This document shows positions 60,038-64,000 of a stretch of DNA of 64,000 nucleotides, in pieces (the first letter of the stretch is position 1; each line of letters opens with the position of its first letter). Made by a program: the position numbers and the translations under genes. Source of the DNA: Clostridiales bacterium (GTDB lineage: Bacteria > Bacillota > Clostridia > DUOD01); contig DUOD01000003.1 of assembly GCA_012838995.1 (NCBI GenBank), forward strand, positions 10,602-74,601, in the 5' to 3' direction. The notes under the pieces are model-generated. The model saw nothing but the letters and a program-made list of their open reading frames with translations. It made no database searches and was not told the DNA's origin.

Positions 60038-62518
60038 ATGAACTATAATTTTAAGGATATAGAGAAAAAGTTTCAGCAGCAATGGGAAAGGGACCAAAAG
60101 TATAAAGTCAAAGAGGATGCCGGCAAGGAAAAATATTATATACTGGAGATGTTTCCCTATCCTTCAGGAAAACTCCATATGGGCCATGTGAGGAACTATT
60201 CTATTGGAGATGTTATAGCCAGATTCAAGACGATGAACCAATATAATGTTCTTCATCCCATGGGATGGGATGCCTTTGGATTGCCTGCGGAAAATGCTGC
60301 CATAAAGAATAATGTCCATCCCAACAAATGGACATGGGATAATATAGAAAGCATGAGAAAACAGTTAAAGAGTCTGGGTATAAGCTATGATTGGGACAGG
60401 GAAGTGGCAACTTGCCATCCCAATTATTATAAATGGACACAGTGGCTGTTTCTGCAATTGTATAAAAAGGGTTTGGCCTATAAAAAGAAATCCGCAGTGA
60501 ATTGGTGTCCGTCCTGTAAAACGGTATTGGCCAATGAACAGGTGGTAAACGGTCTGTGCGAACGTTGCAGCACACAGGTGGGCAAGAGGGAACTGGAACA
60601 ATGGTTTTTCAAAATTACCGACTATGCCGAAAGACTGCTTAAGGATATAGAAAAACTTGAAGGCTGGCCTGAAAAGGTAAAGACTATGCAAAAAAACTGG
60701 ATAGGAAAGAGCAAAGGCGCACTTATAACCTTTAAGGTGGAAGAGACGGATGACCAAATTGATGTGTTCACCACCAGACCCGATACCATCTTCGGTGTTT
60801 CGTATATGACCTTGGCGCCGGAACATCCATTGGTCCTTAAGCTGGTGGAAGGTACTGAGTACGAACAGGAAGTTAGGGATTTTATAGAAAAAGTGCAAAG
60901 TATGAACGAGATAGCGCGGACTTCAACTGAAGGTGAAAAGGAAGGGGTATTTATAGGCAAATATGTGGTCAATCCGGTAAACGGTGAAAAAGTGCCCATT
61001 TATATAGCTAATTATGTTTTAATGGATTACGGCACCGGTGCCGTTATGGGTGTGCCCGCCCATGACCAACGGGATTTTGAATTTGCCATGAAATATGAAC
61101 TGCCCATTTTGCCCGTGATAAGACCCGAAGAGGGTGACATTGACGCAGAAAATATGGAACGGGCCTTTACTGAAGACGGGATTATGATCAATTCCGGACA
61201 GTTTAACGGTCTTAGCAACAAAGAAGCCATAAAAAAGGTAATAGAATTTTTACAAAAGAATGGTCTGGGTCAGCCAAAGGTTACATACAGACTTAAGGAT
61301 TGGCTGATTTCCAGGCAAAGATACTGGGGAGCGCCCATACCCATTATTTACTGTGATAAGTGCGGTATGGTGGCGGTGCCCGAAGACCAGTTGCCCGTTA
61401 TGCTGCCCACCGATGTTAAGTTCACGGGTGCCGGTCAATCGCCTTTGAGCACGTCGGAGGAGTTTGTTAATACCACCTGTCCCGAGTGTGGAGGCAAGGC
61501 CCGTAGGGAAGTGGATACCATGGACACATTTGTATGTTCATCATGGTATTTTTTCAGATATACTGATGCTAATAACGATCAAGAAGCCTTTAATATAAAT
61601 AAAGTAAGATACTGGATGCCGGTGGAACAATATGTGGGCGGGGTAGAGCATGCAATATTGCATCTGCTGTATTCCAGGTTTATCACCAAGGTAATGTATG
61701 ACCTTAATTTTAGCGATGTGGATGAACCCTTTGTCAATCTATTGACCCAGGGTATGGTTTTGAAGGACGGTTCAAAAATGTCCAAATCCAAGGGCAATAC
61801 CGTAAGTCCCGAGGATATAATAAACCGGTACGGAGCCGACACTGCAAGGTTATTCATTCTATTTGCATCTCCCCCGGAAAAGGACCTGGAATGGAGCGAC
61901 GAAGGCGTAGAAGGTTGTTTTAGGTTTTTAAACAGGGTATGGCGTTTGGTAACGTCCTATCCTGGATTGGCGGAGGAGCAATTGGGTGAATGTGATGTCA
62001 GTGTATTTAACAAGGAAGACAAAAAACTCTACTTTGCCATCAATTGGGCAATAAAAAATGTGACAAGGGATATTGAAAACAGGTTTAATTTCAACACGGC
62101 CATTAGCAGAATAATGGAACTGGTTAACGAGCTGTATCATTACAGGGACAAAGTGGCCCAGGATGAACAAAAGAAGGGCTTGATTCTTCAGGGAATTACC
62201 GCTTTATTGCTTTTGTTGGCTCCCTTTGCACCCCATATAACGGAAGAACTGTGGCAGGTAATAGGCAAGAAGGGAAGTATACATGACCAAAAATGGCCTG
62301 TTCATGACGAAGCTGCGCTAATTATAGAAGAAGTTGAAATGGTGGTTCAAATAAACGGCAAAATAAAGAGTAAGATCATAGTAGACATGGACACTCCCAA
62401 AGAACAGTTGGAAGAGCTGGTATTGGAATTACCGAGGATAAAGTCACTTGTAGAGGGTAAGAATATAGTTAAGCTAGTGGTAATACCCAATAAATTGGTT
62501 AATATAGTTGTACAGTAA
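60038..62518 (+). CDS. leuS: leucine--tRNA ligase
   Basis: Class I motifs HMGHVRNY (HIGH) and KMSKS are present, along with the CP1 editing domain and zinc knuckles. An AAGAAGGAGGA RBS lies upstream. Confidence 0.95.
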   Translation: MNYNFKDIEKKFQQQWERDQKYKVKEDAGKEKYYILEMFPYPSGKLHMGHVRNYSIGDVIARFKTMNQYNVLHPMGWDAFGLPAENAAIKNNVHPNKWTWDNIESMRKQLKSLGISYDWDREVATCHPNYYKWTQWLFLQLYKKGLAYKKKSAVNWCPSCKTVLANEQVVNGLCERCSTQVGKRELEQWFFKITDYAERLLKDIEKLEGWPEKVKTMQKNWIGKSKGALITFKVEETDDQIDVFTTRPDTIFGVSYMTLAPEHPLVLKLVEGTEYEQEVRDFIEKVQSMNEIARTSTEGEKEGVFIGKYVVNPVNGEKVPIYIANYVLMDYGTGAVMGVPAHDQRDFEFAMKYELPILPVIRPEEGDIDAENMERAFTEDGIMINSGQFNGLSNKEAIKKVIEFLQKNGLGQPKVTYRLKDWLISRQRYWGAPIPIIYCDKCGMVAVPEDQLPVMLPTDVKFTGAGQSPLSTSEEFVNTTCPECGGKARREVDTMDTFVCSSWYFFRYTDANNDQEAFNINKVRYWMPVEQYVGGVEHAILHLLYSRFITKVMYDLNFSDVDEPFVNLLTQGMVLKDGSKMSKSKGNTVSPEDIINRYGADTARLFILFASPPEKDLEWSDEGVEGCFRFLNRVWRLVTSYPGLAEEQLGECDVSVFNKEDKKLYFAINWAIKNVTRDIENRFNFNTAISRIMELVNELYHYRDKVAQDEQKKGLILQGITALLLLLAPFAPHITEELWQVIGKKGSIHDQKWPVHDEAALIIEEVEMVVQINGKIKSKIIVDMDTPKEQLEELVLELPRIKSLVEGKNIVKLVVIPNKLVNIVVQ

Positions 62519-62577
62519 CCGGAAACGGCGGACGTATTTAACAAATCAATATCAAAAGAAGTGCTGGTATAAAGTTA

Positions 62578-62600
62578 GGGGGCTTTAAAAGCCCCCTTTG
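62578..62600. terminator. bidirectional terminator between leuS (+) and DD-carboxypeptidase (-)
   Basis: Sequence GGGGGC-tttaaaa-GCCCCC followed by TTTGTTTATTT. Confidence 0.75.
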
Positions 62601-62601
62601 T

Positions 62602-63912
62602 TTATTTCCTATGGTGCCTGTAATAACCTGAACTGTAAAACCTTCTTCGCCTTCTCTTTCTTCTAATAACCAGTCCTATTATCCTTATCAGCAGAAATAG
62701 CAATAACAGTATAAATAATACTTTTAGCCACAACGGCAATTCTTTTTTAGGTTTAATTAGATTGCTTATTGTTTTTTGGGCCACATCCCTGCCGGCCACC
62801 AGGTCAATGGATGCCAATTCCCTGCCCTTAATACTGTAGCTTATCTTACCCAGGGTTTGACCCTTGGTTATGGGAGCGGTTATTTCTTCATCAATGGTTA
62901 TTTCTTTAGAAATCAAAGGGATTTCGTCCTTGGCAAACACGTCGATGTATTCATCACTGCTAACTAATACCAAAGGTATATCTTGCTCTTCAATTGCCGC
63001 GTTTTCCACTTTTACTTCGGCAATGTCCTGGCCGCTGTCTATAAGTTTGACCTCAACAAAATTATTGAAACCATAATCAAATAATGCTTTGGTATTTTCA
63101 TATACGGTATGCTGTCTGTCATTTAAAATGACCGCCAGAAGTTCAAACCCGTCCTTGTTGGCCGAGGAAACTAAGGCGTTTCCTGCCTGGGATGTGTAAC
63201 CGGTCTTAATTCCGGTGGCGTATTCATAGTAATGTTTACTTGTTTTATGGAGCATTTTATTGCTGTTATACCATTTTCTTTCCTCTTTTTGTTTGTTTGT
63301 CGGGGGAAGGGAGTAAAAGTCAGTGCCCACAATTTCTCTGAATTTCGGCAGATTTTCCATAGCGTACCTGGCGATTATCGCCATGTCATACGCAGTGGTA
63401 TAATGGTTATCATTATGTAGCCCATGGGGATTTACAAAATGGGAGTTTAACGCTCCGATTTCCCTTGCCTTATCATTCATCAGTTTAACAAATTCGTCAA
63501 TCGAACCCGATATGTGTTCTGCTATGGCAACGGCTGCATCATTACCCGAAGGTAGCATTAGTCCATACAGCAACTGTTCTAAAGTGAGCACCTCTCCTTC
63601 ATTGAGCCATATTATACTGGTATCCCTGCCCACCTGAGTTACCGGTGAGCTGGTGGCTGTCACCTTGTCGGACAGGTTACCCCTTTCCAAGGCAATAATG
63701 GCAGTTAAAATTTTGGTGGTACTGGCGGGATACAGTCTCTTATGCGCGTTCTTTTGAAACAGTATGTTTCCATGGTTCATATCCAGCAAAATGGCGGCTC
63801 CATCGGTTATAACCGGAGGACTTGACTGTATCTGGGTTTCGTCTTGTGCATGTGCCCAACAAGGTACAAAAAGAAAGGATAGTGTCAGAACAAATACTAT
63901 AATTTTTTTCAT
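62602..63912 (-). CDS. D-alanyl-D-alanine carboxypeptidase (peptidase S11, DacB/DacF-like) with C-terminal TM anchor and poly-Arg tail
   Basis: A signal peptide (MKKIIVFVLTLSFLFVPCWAHA) is followed by SxxK (YPASTTK), SGN (LPSGND) and KTG motifs. The C-terminus is a hydrophobic anchor followed by RRKRRRRRF...RHHRK. Confidence 0.85.
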   Translation of the reverse strand: MKKIIVFVLTLSFLFVPCWAHAQDETQIQSSPPVITDGAAILLDMNHGNILFQKNAHKRLYPASTTKILTAIIALERGNLSDKVTATSSPVTQVGRDTSIIWLNEGEVLTLEQLLYGLMLPSGNDAAVAIAEHISGSIDEFVKLMNDKAREIGALNSHFVNPHGLHNDNHYTTAYDMAIIARYAMENLPKFREIVGTDFYSLPPTNKQKEERKWYNSNKMLHKTSKHYYEYATGIKTGYTSQAGNALVSSANKDGFELLAVILNDRQHTVYENTKALFDYGFNNFVEVKLIDSGQDIAEVKVENAAIEEQDIPLVLVSSDEYIDVFAKDEIPLISKEITIDEEITAPITKGQTLGKISYSIKGRELASIDLVAGRDVAQKTISNLIKPKKELPLWLKVLFILLLLFLLIRIIGLVIRRKRRRRRFYSSGYYRHHRK

Positions 63913-64000
63913 TCTAAAGCCCCCATATTCTAGCACTTTATACTTCAATAGTATAACAAATTAATGCCATCCTTGACAAAGGTTAATTATGTTAGATGCT

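Overview
The window is a 64-kb core-chromosome segment of a low-GC, anaerobic, endospore-forming Firmicute of the class Clostridia. It contains no CRISPR array, no tRNA or rRNA genes, and no obvious mobile element. Genes are packed on the + strand with short intergenic spacers and overlapping starts and stops, so the order is given here.

Gene order:
- two half-size ABC exporter genes, the first cut by the window start
- a glycerophosphodiester phosphodiesterase
- a small DMT-family membrane gene divergent from a DUF134 zinc-ribbon gene
- ychF on the - strand, and ogt
- the classic tig-clpP-clpX-lonB-lon-engB block
- an EamA transporter on the - strand, a LysM SleB/CwlJ-type hydrolase, and pgi
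- a SPOR-domain protein
- a regulatory module ahead of the hydrogenase genes: DRTGG, SpoIIAB-like kinase, HydS-like sensory [FeFe]-hydrogenase paralog, DRTGG and PHP
- a multimeric NADH-linked [FeFe]-hydrogenase operon: NuoE-like, a stand-alone HATPase protein, a thioredoxin-like [2Fe-2S] ferredoxin, NuoF-like and catalytic HydA
- a split pair of TSUP/TauE half-transporter genes
- a complete rnfCDGEAB operon
- a ROK-family regulator on the - strand that is broken by an in-frame TGA, divergent from a PfkB sugar kinase
- the cell-shape and division block: DUF4321-maf-mreBCD-PBP2-minCDE-rodA-mgsA-spoIVFA-spoIVFB
- the trio radical SAM TIGR03960, TIGR03936 and RNase G
- rplU-prp-rpmA, obg and yhbY
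- an inserted small membrane protein and a ferritin-like gene on the - strand
- nadD and yqeK, an inserted CaCA antiporter, rsfS and leuS
- a convergent DD-carboxypeptidase on the - strand.

The observations most worth a second look are:
- The catalytic HydA has TSCSPGW where the canonical L1 motif is TSCCPGW. One of the two active-site cysteines is replaced by serine, and a single nucleotide (AGC versus TGC) accounts for it.
- The HydS-like paralog carries all three substitutions that mark sensory hydrogenases, and it is embedded in a module of DRTGG, HATPase and PHP genes with no PAS domain and no phosphatase.
- The ROK regulator has a premature TGA exactly at a conserved Trp position.
- The ABC exporter pair has one degenerate ATPase site, with Walker B LDD and H-loop Gln.
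- The DUF134 regulator is fused to a zinc ribbon.
- The 5' leader of the small DMT gene carries a hairpin plus U-tract immediately upstream of its RBS.
- The 466-bp spacer between the PfkB gene and DUF4321 contains an internal terminator-like element, so it may encode a small RNA.
- Two small ORFs lie below the length cutoff of the supplied ORF track: a 53-aa protein with nine cysteines at 14899..15060, and a 55-aa ORF with its own promoter at 34532..34699.
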